From Paraspadella gotoi (lineage: Eukaryota > Animalia > Chaetognatha): a stretch of 64,000 nucleotides of DNA. The notes under the pieces are model-generated. The model saw nothing but the letters and a program-made list of their open reading frames with translations, was not told the DNA's origin and did no database searches. Numbering within the stretch: position 1 is the first letter of the stretch; each line of letters opens with the position of its first letter. The stretch lies in assembly GCA_051294375.1 (NCBI GenBank), contig CM119271.1, positions 6,697,632 to 6,761,631 of the forward strand, written 5' to 3'. Positions 15,001-26,724 of the stretch are shown here, one piece after another. The translations under genes were made by a program, and so were the position numbers.

Positions 15001-18000
15001 TCCTAGGTTGCCGCAAACGTCATCCTCGCAAAGGGCTTCCTCGTCAGCCGCCTCGGCGCAATCATTTTTCTTGTCGCAAAACGAACTGAGCTCGAGACAA
15101 ACGGTGGAGTTGGAGGAACAACGAAATTGGTTGGAAGGACAAGTGAAAACCTCGACGCAACCAGCTTCGTCTGAATTATCGAGACAGTCGTTATGCCCAT
15201 CACATCTCCATTTTAGCGGGATGCATCGACCGCCGCTATCGCCCTCCGCCAAACCGGCGCTCACGGCGCCGCGTGCTCGATTCCTAGGCGCAGGGCCGCA
15301 CTGAAAGGTGGGGCAGCTTCCATTCGACGCAGGGCAATCGATTTCGTCGGCGTTATTCAAGCACTCCTGCTGTCCGTCGCAGCGCCAAGCCTTTGGGATG
15401 CATTCGACGGGGCCGACGATCTTAATCGATGGCGAGAAGGCGTCGGGTAGAATGCAGGCGAACTCGGAATCGGCGCAAGGAATCTCCCCTTCGACGGTGG
15501 TGCAGTTGGCCTCGTCGCTTCCGTCATCACAGTCGCGGGTTCCGTCGCAGACAAACTCTTGGCCCAAACACTTAGTCGGCGTTTGATTTCCGCAAGTGTG
15601 TAAGGAATTAGAGCAGTTGGTGTTTTCGCAGTCTTTTTCATCCGAGAGATCTTGGCAGTCGTCGTCATTGTCGCATACATAGTTTTGCGGTATGCAGCGG
15701 TTGTTGTTGCAGGAAAAATAGTGAAAGGGACAGGTGGGGTACTGACAATCGTCGGGTTCGTCGGATCCGTCCACGCAATCTTTGTCCAGGTCGCACTTCC
15801 AAGAAGCGGGGATGCACCGTTGAGTCCCAATGCAGCGAAACTGATTGGGCGGACAAGTCTGGTTGTGGCAAGTCTCTGTTTTTTCATCCTCAGCATCCTT
15901 GCAGTCCTGGTCTCCGTCACAGAGCCAGCGGAGCGGAATGCAGCGGTTATTGGAGCAGCGAAACTGCTCGGCGCTGCACTGGTGCTGGCTGCAAACGCCA
16001 CCCTCCTTATTGTCCTCATCGCTCTCGTCACCGCAGTCGTCGTCGCCGTCGCAAAGCCAACGACTGGAGATGCATTTTTTGTTCTTGCATTCGAACTGAT
16101 CGCTCTGACAAAGTGGAGGCACCGTGTAGTTAGCGATGACAGTGCAGCCAAGGCCGCTCGAGTCCAACATCATCCCGTCGGGACATGCGCAAGCGCCACC
16201 AGAAGATGTGGTCAGACAGAGATATTGGCAACCGAGAGTGGCGGGATCCGTGCAGTCGTTGGATCCAGTTTGAGCGCTCTCGTCGTAGAAAACTAGATCC
16301 TCCACCCGAGGGTTCTCTCTTCTCAAGACCACGGTGACGTTGGAATCAAGGTCGTGCCTCCGAATGACACCATCGCGACGTTCGGCCCAGAACAAAAGAC
16401 GCTCGTTTCCGGCAACGTGCAGCGCTATGTAGAGTGGGTGGACGGCGTCCTCGAAGATCGTAACTCGGTTAGTTCCGTCGCTATCGATCCGTTCGATCTT
16501 GTCTAAAAAGGCGTCGCACCAGTATAGTTGTTCGCGATCGTAGTCCAGGGCTAGTCCGTTCGGCCAGAGGAGCTGCTCTTGAACGAGGGTCTCTGGATTG
16601 GACCCATTCATGCCGGCCGTCTTGATGTAGCCTTTGCCTGAGCCAGACCAGTCGGTCCAATACATGCGGCCGACGCGAGGGTGGACCACTATGGATCGTG
16701 GGAAGGAATTAGGCTGTGAGACAAGGGTCTTCTTGAGAGAGGGTTTCGAAAGCGAAGCCACGTTGATTGTTTTTAAAGTGACGTCCGAGAAGTAGATGTT
16801 CGCAGCGTAAAAGTCTATAGCTAACCCCTCGCATTTGTTAATCCCTGAAAGGAGTAAAGTTTTAATTGTAAATATTAATTTTTTTTATGTCATGGCGGTT
16901 ATTTCCAAAGATATCATTTGAAATGTTTTGACTCAATCACTCCGTCCCTTTTTTTTTAAATTGGAAATTGGAAATTTTTAACTTGACACTTTACAAGGAA
17001 TTTTGAATTGTTACAACGATTTTATTATTAATAAGTTGCAGACATGTTTCGACTCAGAGATTTTCGAGTCTTCATCAGCGCTTTTGACACTAAATTTTGA
17101 AATATTTTTTATCCGAAACAGTTTGTTTTTATTATTTTTATTTAACTATAAGCTTTCCATGAAAATCAAATTCAGAAAAAACCTTTCCTTACATATGTCG
17201 TTCAAAACCATTATATAATATGTAATCGATTCAAACCTCCCAGTTCTAGAGACACTTGCCTGAATCGATGAGTATTTGTATATCTTTGGAACCGTCGATT
17301 GATCGTTTTCCTATCAAATACTTTTTTGAGTCGCTGAAATAAATGGCCTTTTCTTTTCCATAGAAGTCCAGAGCTTGAGGTGATTCCAGAGGCGCAATGG
17401 GAACCTGATATTTAAAAAAAAAAATCAATACAAACATCAATTAGGAATTCAATCAATAAAGAAATCAACCAATATTTCATTTATTCGTATTTTCGTAAAT
17501 AAGCGGGAGGTTAAATTTTAATTAACTCACCAGAACTTCTTCGACTTCTTTCTTTCCCGTTTTGGGAGTGTAAGAGACGCCGCGAATGACGCCGTGATAG
17601 GCGTTGGCAAAAACGAGAAACTTTGGGACAAGGGCGGCCTCACACTGGCCGTTTCCGACGAGGCGATAGCCAGGGCGGCAACGGCAAAGGGGCAACGGAG
17701 CTCGGTTCCTCGAATCATAAGCAGGAATGCAGACGTGATCACACCCGCCGCGGCCAGAAAAGACGCAGGGATGAACCACACCACCGGGAATAGAGGGTTG
17801 CATCTGGATGTTTTAATTAAATTTATCAATTTTGTTGCACAATTACAGTTAAATTAGTCTCTTTAAACGACAACCTGCTGATGATAAACATGAATGGAAC
17901 CCGGCCGATCACTAGGCGATTCCCTTATAGCGACGTTCTCTTTGACGATCTCAGTGTGGCTTCCGTTGAACTTGTTAATGCGCAGGACGTGATTCTTGGC

Positions 18001-19692
18001 CGCCTCGGTTAGATAGAGCCACTGCCCGAACACGGAGAGCTCGAGCACGTTGTCGATGAAGGAGCCCTCCGCGATCGTAACACGGTTCTTTCCGTCGTAG
18101 TCTATCCTTTGGACGTGGTTTAGGTAAGAGTCCGTCCAGTACACATGTTGGTTTGCGTGGTCAAGGGACACACCGCGCGGATACACGATCTTGCTCGAGA
18201 CGAGGTGGGCTCGCCCGCAGCCGTCCAGCTCGGCCCGTTCCAGTTTCGGCTGAGCTCCCCAGTTGGCGAAAAAAAGAAAACCCCTGACAGGGTCGACGGC
18301 GATGCCCCGGGGGTTTTGCAGCTCGTCGTCGACGATAGAAACGCAAGAGACGCCGTCGGCGGTGCAAAGGAAGATGCGGTGCATGACGTCGTCAACGAAG
18401 TAAAAGTTATTGGCTAACCAGTCGAAAGCGATCTGCTCCACGTAATCCAGTCTCTCGGCGAAGGTGACGGTCCATCGAACGGAGGGCTCGGCGATTAAAG
18501 CGCACTGCATGACTCCCAAGGAAGCCGAGGCCTCTGCAGCGGGTGGCAAGAGGCGCTTTTTTTCCGCCTTGGCGCTTATCCAACAAACTGAGCCGTTGCG
18601 ATGGTTGATGTCCATGGCGCTCACCGAATCACTCTTCACGTGAAACTTGGTCTTTAAATCTTGACCGTCCAGCGTGGTCGCGATAACGGCGTCGACAGTG
18701 GTGAAGACTAGTTTGGCTAGATCTCCGGGTGGCTCGTTTATCGGATCGCAAGTTCCGTTAGGCAGGAGCTCGAATCCCTCCACACAGGAACAATTGTGCG
18801 AGCCGATTAAATCCTCGCACACTTGGTCGCAACGATTCAAGCCGAGAATAGCGAGATGGCCAGGTTTGAGGCCGCATTCGTTCAGGTCGTCGCATTCCGT
18901 GCCGTTGGGTGCTTGTCCTGGCGGACAGAAGCAACGGGCGCCGTTGAGCGATTCTTTGCATCCGTGAGTGCAGTTGGCCTCAGCGCACTGTCCACGCCGG
19001 CAGTGGGGGCCCTCGTCAGAGTGGTCGGCGCAGTCGGACTCGCCGTCGCAGAGAGAAGTGATGGGGATACATCGCTCAGTGCCGAGACACTGGTGCATGT
19101 TGGAAGGGCAGAAGCCATCGTCGAGAGAGGCGACGCCAACCCTGCGGCACATGTTGAGTTGTTCGTCGGATTTATCACCGCAGTCGTCGTCGCCGTCGCA
19201 TCGCCAACCCAGAGGAACGCAATTCTTGGACTCTTCGCACTGAAATTGGGAGGGACTGCAAGTGGCGGGCGGACAATGGGCGGACTCCGCCTCGTCAGAA
19301 CCGTCGTGGCAGTCTTCTTCGTGATCGCACTTCCAAGAAATGGGGATGCACTGAACGTGCCCATCCGGCTTTTTGGCGACGCATCGAAAGTAAGTTTCGG
19401 GGCATTCAGTCGGCGGAACGGTTGGGATTGGAGGGTGCCAATCGGGATCTTCCGGGTGCTCGACAGGGAGTCGACCAGCCCCGGGGTCTAGATTGGCAGT
19501 GCTAAGGTTGCTGACCCCGATACTTGGGGAGCCGGAATGGGAATCACGGGGCTGAGAGGGAAGGACGGGTGGGAAGTCCTCGGCGGGGTCAGGTTTCGAA
19601 GAAGCTGCCTTCCCCAGTAAGGACAGGGAAGACAAAAATAAAGAGAGGAAGACGAAGTGGAAGAAAACGAACTTCAAATAAATCAACTTCAT
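1..19692 (-). CDS. LRP1: Low-density lipoprotein receptor-related protein 1 (multi-exon; 3' end lies beyond the left window edge)
   Basis: Signal peptide [31 protein letters not shown] from ATG 19692. Four clusters of LDLa repeats (C..W.CDG..DC.D.SDE; cluster I has 3, cluster II has 8) are separated by EGF/YWTD propellers, with four propellers between clusters II and III. There is a polybasic furin-type site RRRRR (~1817-1831) inside the last propeller and a tandem EGF stalk (~1170 to 1). This is LRP1 rather than LRP2 architecture. About 19 GT-AG exons, e.g. ~17875-19692, ~12753-16844, ~9438-11781 and 1-~2751 (open to the window edge). Confidence 0.93.
4543..4789. repeat. Imperfect palindrome (hairpin/MITE remnant) in an LRP1 intron
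   Basis: CAATAATGTTGGCCTTTATCAGAG..AAAGAAG pairs with CTTCTTT..CTCTGATAAAGGCAAACATTATTG; outer arms are AAAACGATTTTTT and AAAAAATCGTTTT. Confidence 0.7.
6570..6895. mobile_element. AT-rich foldback MITE in an LRP1 intron; opposite-orientation copy at ~8945-9185
   Basis: Loosely palindromic. The AAAAACCTTAAAAAATCATCATC and AGCTCTATC blocks recur reverse-complemented at ~8995-9065. Confidence 0.55.
8945..9185. mobile_element. AT-rich foldback MITE (same family as 6570-6895)
   Basis: GATAGAGCTT..AAGCTCTATAG internal inverted repeat; GATGATGATTTTTTAAGG matches the reverse complement of ~6715-6740. Confidence 0.5.
12345..12412. repeat. Short dispersed intronic repeat (other copies ~3205-3248, ~29648-29704 reverse, ~31468-31535 reverse)
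   Basis: Core TTAAATGAATGG(A/G)TAATTTTTATATT(G)GTTGTACCAATTTCA is seen four times. Confidence 0.7.
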
Positions 19693-20614
19693 GGCGATTT
19701 TTTTGTTTTCAATGGAAGCGAATATTTTTGTGTTATATTTTGTGGTTTGGTTCAAGTCTTCGTTAACGGTTTAAGTATGGACATAGAAAATTTAGATTGT
19801 ATAGTAATTTCGATCGGTTTGTCTTCGTGGCTTTGTTTCATGATGATTGAGTATTTTTTAAAAGACTGGCGGTGTAAAAAAAATACCAGTGGAGATTGTC
19901 ACTGGCTTGAATATAAGGAGTAATGATAATTAGTCAGAGTTGTCTTTTTTTTTGCAACGCTTTTATTTTGGAGAAAAGTCTCGTAAAGACTTAAGTGTAA
20001 AAGTTTTTTTAGAGCGACTAAAATTACATAGTTTTTGAGACATCTATAGATGCAAAAAAAAAAAAAAATCATTGATACAAATCAGCTGTTGGGTAAAAAC
20101 GAGGAAGAAATTGTAACCCCGCTAAGACCCGTTCTCTGTTTGCGTATCATGCACTGTAAAAGTAATTAAACGTCCAAAAACGTTCGACCTTTGAGGGTGA
20201 TGGTTAATAACGATTGCGTTAAGGGAATGTTAAAGATTAAATACAGACTAAAACTTAAATATATTTACTTTTGTCCTTCAATACTGATTGACGTTATTGC
20301 AGTTTTGGATTAACTAAATACAAACGTTAAAAATCTTTATTTTAAAATAGGCACACAAAAGCTGTACTCTAAAAAAAAAAATTAAATAGAGATTATCCGT
20401 AACGAAATTCTTTAAGAAATGACTGACAAACCAAAATCCAAATTTGTACATACGTATTTCATGAAAGGAATATTAAAATAGCATTTAAAATCATTAACAT
20501 AAAAAAATTTGACGCCATTTTCAATATTTTTATTTTGGTTTCGCTTTCCTTTTCGTGCCCTGAGTCGGACAATGTTAGAGAAGGGACGTTAAACTCATTT
20601 CTGAGGCGACTTAC

Positions 20615-20667
20615 CCCAGGCCTCAATTATTGTAACTCAGGCCTGAGGAAAGTCGACTCAAGTCGAC
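20615..20667 (-). other. Possible non-coding 5' exon of LRP1
   Basis: Bounded on the minus strand by acceptor TTTATTTCAG (~20668-20677) and a strong donor GGG|GTAAGT (20614), ~0.9 kb upstream of the LRP1 ATG. Confidence 0.35.
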
Positions 20668-21309
20668 TGAAATAAACTAGCATTGCAACCGTACGGTAAG
20701 CTGTCTCTTATCAAGTTGGCTCTACACCTCATAATAATAAATAATTTATCGGAAAATTTATCATGGCGAATTTAGCAGGGGTTCAATTTGAAAGCAGAAG
20801 CTGAAATTCCGGGTATCTGACTAGATGACGGTTGCGAGGACGGCAGGGGATGTTCAAAACACAATCGACGTTTTCCTAAGTAACAAAGTTTTGCCTTTAA
20901 GATACTTTATTACTTATGTATGAAATACAATAATGTTGTGAGGAGACTACGCAAAAAAAAAACAAAAAAAAAAACAAACAAATGCGATGGGTACGATTGA
21001 GATTAATTGTCATAGGAAAAAAATTCTAAAATGAGATCTTTGATTGTTTTTTTTTCCTTTTTGAGGAATAAAAAAAATAAATAAAAAAGCTTATCTGTAT
21101 TACAAGTATTAAGAAACATAGGCTTTAATCGAATCATGTCATTTAAAATAGTGTTAAGAACAAAATATCACCAACGAGTATTGAAAATAAATTAATCAGA
21201 TAAATACGAACTAATGCCATAATGAAACTCCCCCCATATATTAAAATATAATTGAAAACCGTTCCGAGGGTTATTTGGGCTTAACTCCAGGAACATAAGG
21301 AGTTGAGCT

Positions 21310-24300
21310 TTAGATTTGAGGCAACTTATCGGCCGGGTTCATCCAGAGTCTCTTCTCTCCGCACATGCAACAAAAACGGGCCCAGGAGATGGGGAAGCGA
21401 GTTCCGCACGAGTGACAAAACTTGGCCAAAATCGCCTCACCACCACCGCCGTCTCCGTACATGTGACCTAATTAAATGAAATTACCTAAAGTTATAAACT
21501 GATCTCCAGAGAAGAAAACAAGCAATGGTAATTTTAATTTTTTTGACTTTCTTATTAATTACATGTGAAAGAGATGAACTTTTGATTCAACAGAAAATGA
21601 GATTGATCTCAACAATCTCATTTGCACATTGTCGCGTTGACATTAACTTGTCATAAATTCTATTCCTGTGTCATTTCATGGTCTTTTATCACGAATTCAT
21701 TCTTGACATTAGTGTAGCAATTGATGATAATGATTTCTAGGGTTTGGGACATTTAAAAATAATAAATTTAATAATAATTATCGTAGAAACTGATTCATAA
21801 ATATACTCATTGGATCCCGCAGTTTAAAGTCTTACGATTAACTATATTGTTTGACCTGGAACAGGGTTCCATTCTCTCTGGTCTTAGTCATTACTTTTGG
21901 GGTTGTCAGTTGCATTGTATATTTATCGATTAATAATGACTCTTTCTTTCCTTTTTATGTCATGCTTGGGCTTTCCTTCTATTTAGCTAGCTATATATTG
22001 CAAGCACGACAGCGTTCTGCCACAGTAAGTTAGCATCTCTTGTTCAGCAAGTAAGTTATTTGATATATTGAATATATTGTTATTAAGGAGCCCAGTTACT
22101 CACATACACTCACAAGGGGTGATTCAAAAAAAAGGATCACCTTGTTTGTGAGAAGAGCCTATTCCCCCGTCAGAGTTATTACTAAGATAACCCAAGTCCC
22201 CGTCCGACGATGACGGCGGGAGCGGGGGTAATTTTAGTTGTCCCTCCCCTTGGGGGTAATAGGTCGACGCACACATGGTACCCTCAATGGGCACAATGCG
22301 TAACCCCTCGTCGATGGCGTCTGAAAATGTATTAATAACATACCATATCAAGTCAATTAGTTTAGAGAAAAAATTAAACTCACTCGAATAATTATCACCA
22401 TTCGCTTTATATTCCAAGTCCAAATCGGTTCCTGGCGGCATAGATGTTGTCATTCGAGGGTCGAAATCGCCTAAAATCGAAACGAAGCGAGACATTAAAA
22501 TGATCGCCACAATTCTCTGCGATTAGATCGAAATTCAAAAAGTTTCGCACCCGCGCCCACGCGTTGCCCGAAACGCGTCTCCTTTTGCTTTGCGATGCGC
22601 AGCCGTCGCAGTTCGTTCGTTCTCACAATTCCGGGAAGGGTTTTCCCTGCGCGAACTAAATGTACATAATTATGAACCAAATATAATAATATAATAATAT
22701 CCTTTCGCTTCTCCCGCCAATATTCACCCGCGTTGACATTATCCCCCTGTGCTTTGGTCCCGACTTGCGCGGATCTCATGGACGGCGGTCTGGGGCTGAG
22801 GCCCCCAACACGTCCCCGTGACCCTGCTGCGTTTGCGGACCAACTACGATGTTCGCCGGATGCCACCGCTGATGCCGTCGATTCGCAACCAGAAGCGGCC
22901 GCGTCCGGCGCCCCCGTAGGCTGCTGTAGAGAAGGGTGATATCGCCGTAGTAGCTGCTTGTCTGGGAACGATTGGCTCCGGTTGATGACGGGAGGTGATT
23001 CAGGGCCAGAAGTGAGGGGTACGTCGCTGTCGCCTTTGAGGGGAAATTGAAAAAAATTAGGTACTAATATTTATATATATACTTATAAATAAGTTTTACT
23101 TTAATAAGCTAGAGGTCATATATATCATTTATAAAATGACCCGAAATCTTTAATATCGCTTTTTTCCAAACTAAAATTAAGAAATTAATAAGATTGTTAA
23201 AGCCTCTGATGAAATTACAAACCGAGATCCCTGAAGGTTAAATGACTATTCAAGGATTACGAAGAAAATAAAAAAATCCTTGCTTAACTTCGTCATTAAA
23301 AAAAGCAGAGAAATGAATATTTTGCTCTTCACTGACCTAACTGCGGCAAAGGAGGAGGAACGGACTGAGGCTTCTTAGACGCAGCGGCGGGGGAGAAGGT
23401 TCCGCATCCCGAATTAATGGAGGAGGCAGAACCCGCGGGCGAAACGTCTCGATAGGGTTTCGCTGCGGAAGAGGATCTCGTCGAACCTGTGGACGAGTTC
23501 GAGACGATCTTAATCTTTATCTGCTTTCCACCCGTCCCCCCCCCTCGCCCTTGTTTTCTGTCGAGCGATAATAAACACCCGCAATTCTGGAAGAAGATCT
23601 CTTCCTCCTGAGCTGACTTTTGGCGGTCGAAGGATAGCTCTTCCGATTCGGTCTTCCGGATTCCGCCGCCGTCGATGACTCGGCCTCGTTGCTACTTTTT
23701 CTGCGCGGCGCCAGTTCGGATTCTTGTCCTTTCTCGGTCGAAATCTTTACAAGTCGGCTGCTTGAATCTGAAAAGGAAAAATAGGAAATGAAAGGTATTA
23801 GTCACAAAATTTCAGCTCGAGACGAGAAAATATTCACCCGAATGTTGACCCTTGTCGGGCGTCCGTAAGCCACCCCAGGACTTTTCGCTGACGAGTTCGT
23901 CGTCGTCACTGTCGTCGTCGAAATACCTCGGCGTCAATTCGGAGCGGCGCGACGCCGTCAGTGGGGACAACGTATGATGACGGCGACGAACGGATGATCC
24001 TTTAGAGGAGATAACTTTGATGAAACGCGAAAATTTTGAAAACCTTTTTAAATTCCTCCCATTTTTCCTGATTGACAGAATTACCTTTGCTGTCCTCTCT
24101 GGTTTTTCTCAGAGTAACGGGAGAGGATCCGGCGGATTGACATTGTTGTTGCTGATTCGAGACGATTCCGGGGGTGGCAGTCGGCGTCTTTAATCCTGAT
24201 GAGATTTGGCGAGCCGGGGTTCCTGGGGCCTTCAACTTGGGTGCTTTGTACTTAGTTCTATAATAAAAACGAGAGACAGATGCAGAATAGAAAAATACTA

Positions 24301-25363
24301 CGTAGAATCGAAATTTCTTTTGATCATTCAATCTATCAAATTCTCAATAATCTACTCGAAGATAATCCGAGTACCTGGCCATCAATCGTTCCAAGGCGTG
24401 GTTGTCGACCTGCGGCTGAATGAGGCGATTCTTCTGCTCTCGACAAAACTCGATGTGGCGCTCGGCCGCCGTTTTATTGAAGTGACGACCGCAAAATTGG
24501 CACTGAACGTATCCCAGTGGGGGACCTGAAAAGGATTTATCTTCGTTACATTTTCTTCAAAAGTCTTAAGATTTCCTGTTCGACAAAAGAAGCCGAACCC
24601 GAAGGTTTGGAAGACGCGGGAGGAGGTTTTCCTTCCTTCATCGCCTTGGTAATTTCGCGGGCGTTTCGGATGTTCTGTCGCAATTCGTCGTGTTGAATTT
24701 TCCAGCTTGGTTTCTACGAAGGAAAAGTAAGCTGATTATATTAACGTACAAAGCCACAAAGTCTTCCTCCTATCCAACGGTTTCTCGAATTTACCTCCTG
24801 ATTGGCGTTGACCGGAGAGTTCTCCTTGCCGCGCTTGATCTGAGTCGCACTCGTCGAGATTTGCGAAATATCCAACTCGGACAAGCGCTGCTCGGCCATA
24901 TTGAACACCCTTCGATTACCTTTGGCGGCGTTGCGCTCGCAAATGGGGGAGTGACGAGCCAGGGATTCCGGGAGGAAGGTTCGTCCGCAAATGTTACAGG
25001 GCTCCAGATTAGAAGGACGACCTGTGATCAAGCGGAAACATAGAAGCTAAAGACCGAATAGCTTTGGTGGCCTTTCGGTAATCGGTGCGGATCAAGTGCC
25101 CACTAGCACAAATTGGCTATATTTTACATTTTTTTATTCTTTACATAATAAATCTCGGTGAATTTTTCCGATCAGTAAATGTTTGCGGTTGTAATGATTA
25201 ATGAATAAACATTTTTCATTGTTGATGAAATTAATGAAAAATATTTACATTAGTATATAAATGACTTACCTTCCATAAGGCGATAGTCGGACGAGGCGGA
25301 ATTATCCGCGGCGTCTTCATCCTCATGCTCTCCGTTGAGACGAGCGCTCAAGTCGTCAGCCAT
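21310..25363 (-). CDS. ZC2HC1A: Zinc finger C2HC domain-containing protein 1A/B-like (multi-exon)
   Basis: Start MADDLSARLNG. C2HC fingers EPCNICGRTFLPESLARHSPIC and VQCQFCGRHFNKTAAERHIEFC, then RTKYKAP and a low-complexity middle. Terminal exon 21310-21467 encodes the family's C-terminal ribbon AKFCHSCGTRFPISWARFCCMCGEKR. Internal exon boundaries are approximate. Confidence 0.85.
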
Positions 25364-25617
25364 TGTTCGACTGCGTCGGGAAAAACGATCACGCGATGTT
25401 TTTTCCTCGTTTTGATCGGTTCATGGTTTTTTTCATGAGCGAATTGGTTTTTTTGAAGAACCCGGATTAAATTCAAAACCCACCATCCCTAAAGATACAT
25501 GATAAAATATAAAAAAATCTAGAACACGTTAATAATAATAAAAATCACCGGCACCGTAAAGAATAACAAAATTAACGATAAAATTAAATATTCCCAATAG
25601 AGAGGCAAAGAAATTAA

Positions 25618-26406
25618 TTATTTAGTCGCACATCCGAGGAGAGTGAGACGAACCAAACTAAAGGGACTAAAGTTGGACTGCGATCCGAGGGATCGCTTTT
25701 CATAACGGACGTGACTGAAACCGGCTGCACAGATTTGGATGATCGGATCACGGTCAAAGTGGCATCCGTCAAGGGCGGGGCTCAGAATTGGAGTTAAGGC
25801 GCCTTGGAGGCGGACCAACCAGGGGTTCTTCACTTCGTCGGCGCGGTTGTGATGGAGAAAGAGAAAGACGCCGCCGGGTTTGAGGACTCTGTGCACCTGA
25901 CTCACGACGGCGGCAACGTCGTCGACGGAGCAGAGGACGAGGGTGGCAACCACGGCATCCGCGGAATTCTCCGCGACGAAGCTATCCATATCCTCGGCGC
26001 GACTCTGAACCGTTTTCGTCATAACAACACGGCGTCCGACGGCGTCGACTTCCCTGTTCAGCAAGGGCTTGTAGAGGGGGTTGGGATCGACGCCGATTAC
26101 CTCGCTGCCTTCGGGGTAAAAGTCGAAGTTGGAGCCGCCGCCGGGGCCGATCTCTACTATCTTCAGTGGACCCATGCCTTTGTTTAGTTCGTGCAAGGAG
26201 GAAAACAATTCCGTTTTGACGGATTTGAACTTGGCCGAGAAATTTTTGGCAAAGCGAACTTCTAATCGAACGAAGATCCGCCCCCAGAAAAATTTGACCA
26301 AACCCAGCTCGTAAGCAGCAAAAACAGCCAGGGAAAATATAGTAAGTTTCGGGTGCAAATACATATAAACCCGGCAGTCGTCGAAAAATTTTCGAACCAG
26401 TTCCAT
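25618..26406 (-). CDS. METTL7/TMT1-like SAM-dependent thiol methyltransferase, intronless
   Basis: N-terminal hydrophobic anchor, motif I VEIGPGGGSNF, GVDPNP, DAVVATLVLCSV, VHRVLKPGGVFLF and DGCHFDRD, as in METTL7A/B. Confidence 0.88.
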   Translation of the reverse strand: MELVRKFFDDCRVYMYLHPKLTIFSLAVFAAYELGLVKFFWGRIFVRLEVRFAKNFSAKFKSVKTELFSSLHELNKGMGPLKIVEIGPGGGSNFDFYPEGSEVIGVDPNPLYKPLLNREVDAVGRRVVMTKTVQSRAEDMDSFVAENSADAVVATLVLCSVDDVAAVVSQVHRVLKPGGVFLFLHHNRADEVKNPWLVRLQGALTPILSPALDGCHFDRDPIIQICAAGFSHVRYEKRSLGSQSNFSPFSLVRLTLLGCATK

Positions 26407-26724
26407 CTTGAAACTTTTGCAAGAACAAAATGTTGGGCCTTAAGTATTTTTCCCCCTTCAAAATCAGATCAAACTGATGGCCGATTGGAATTTACGTCGT
26501 TTTTTTACTCCAGTAGAAAAAGGTTTTTTTTTCCGATGATATGGCCAGATAGCGTCTCGTCACTACTATTTTCAAGACTAGAAAAATAAAATATATTCTA
26601 CTAAAGACATGATCACCAACAAACAAATATGCTCGTTTTGCAAAAAAAAAAATATATCCGTAAATAAATCACAAAGCTATCTAATAACATTATCACAATG
26701 TCGAAAAACTGAAAGCGGCAACGA

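Noticed and set aside
329-19923. Many plus-strand and alternative-frame ORFs over LRP1 (e.g. 2192-2797, 15652-16296, 2176-2955)
   Set aside because: Shadow frames of GC-rich, Cys/Asp-rich LRP1 exons. The true frame in 1-2751 is missing from the ORF track only because it has no stop before the window edge.
21851-22033. Small hydrophobic plus-strand ORF inside a ZC2HC1A intron
   Set aside because: TTG start, T-rich intronic composition and no homology or splice support.
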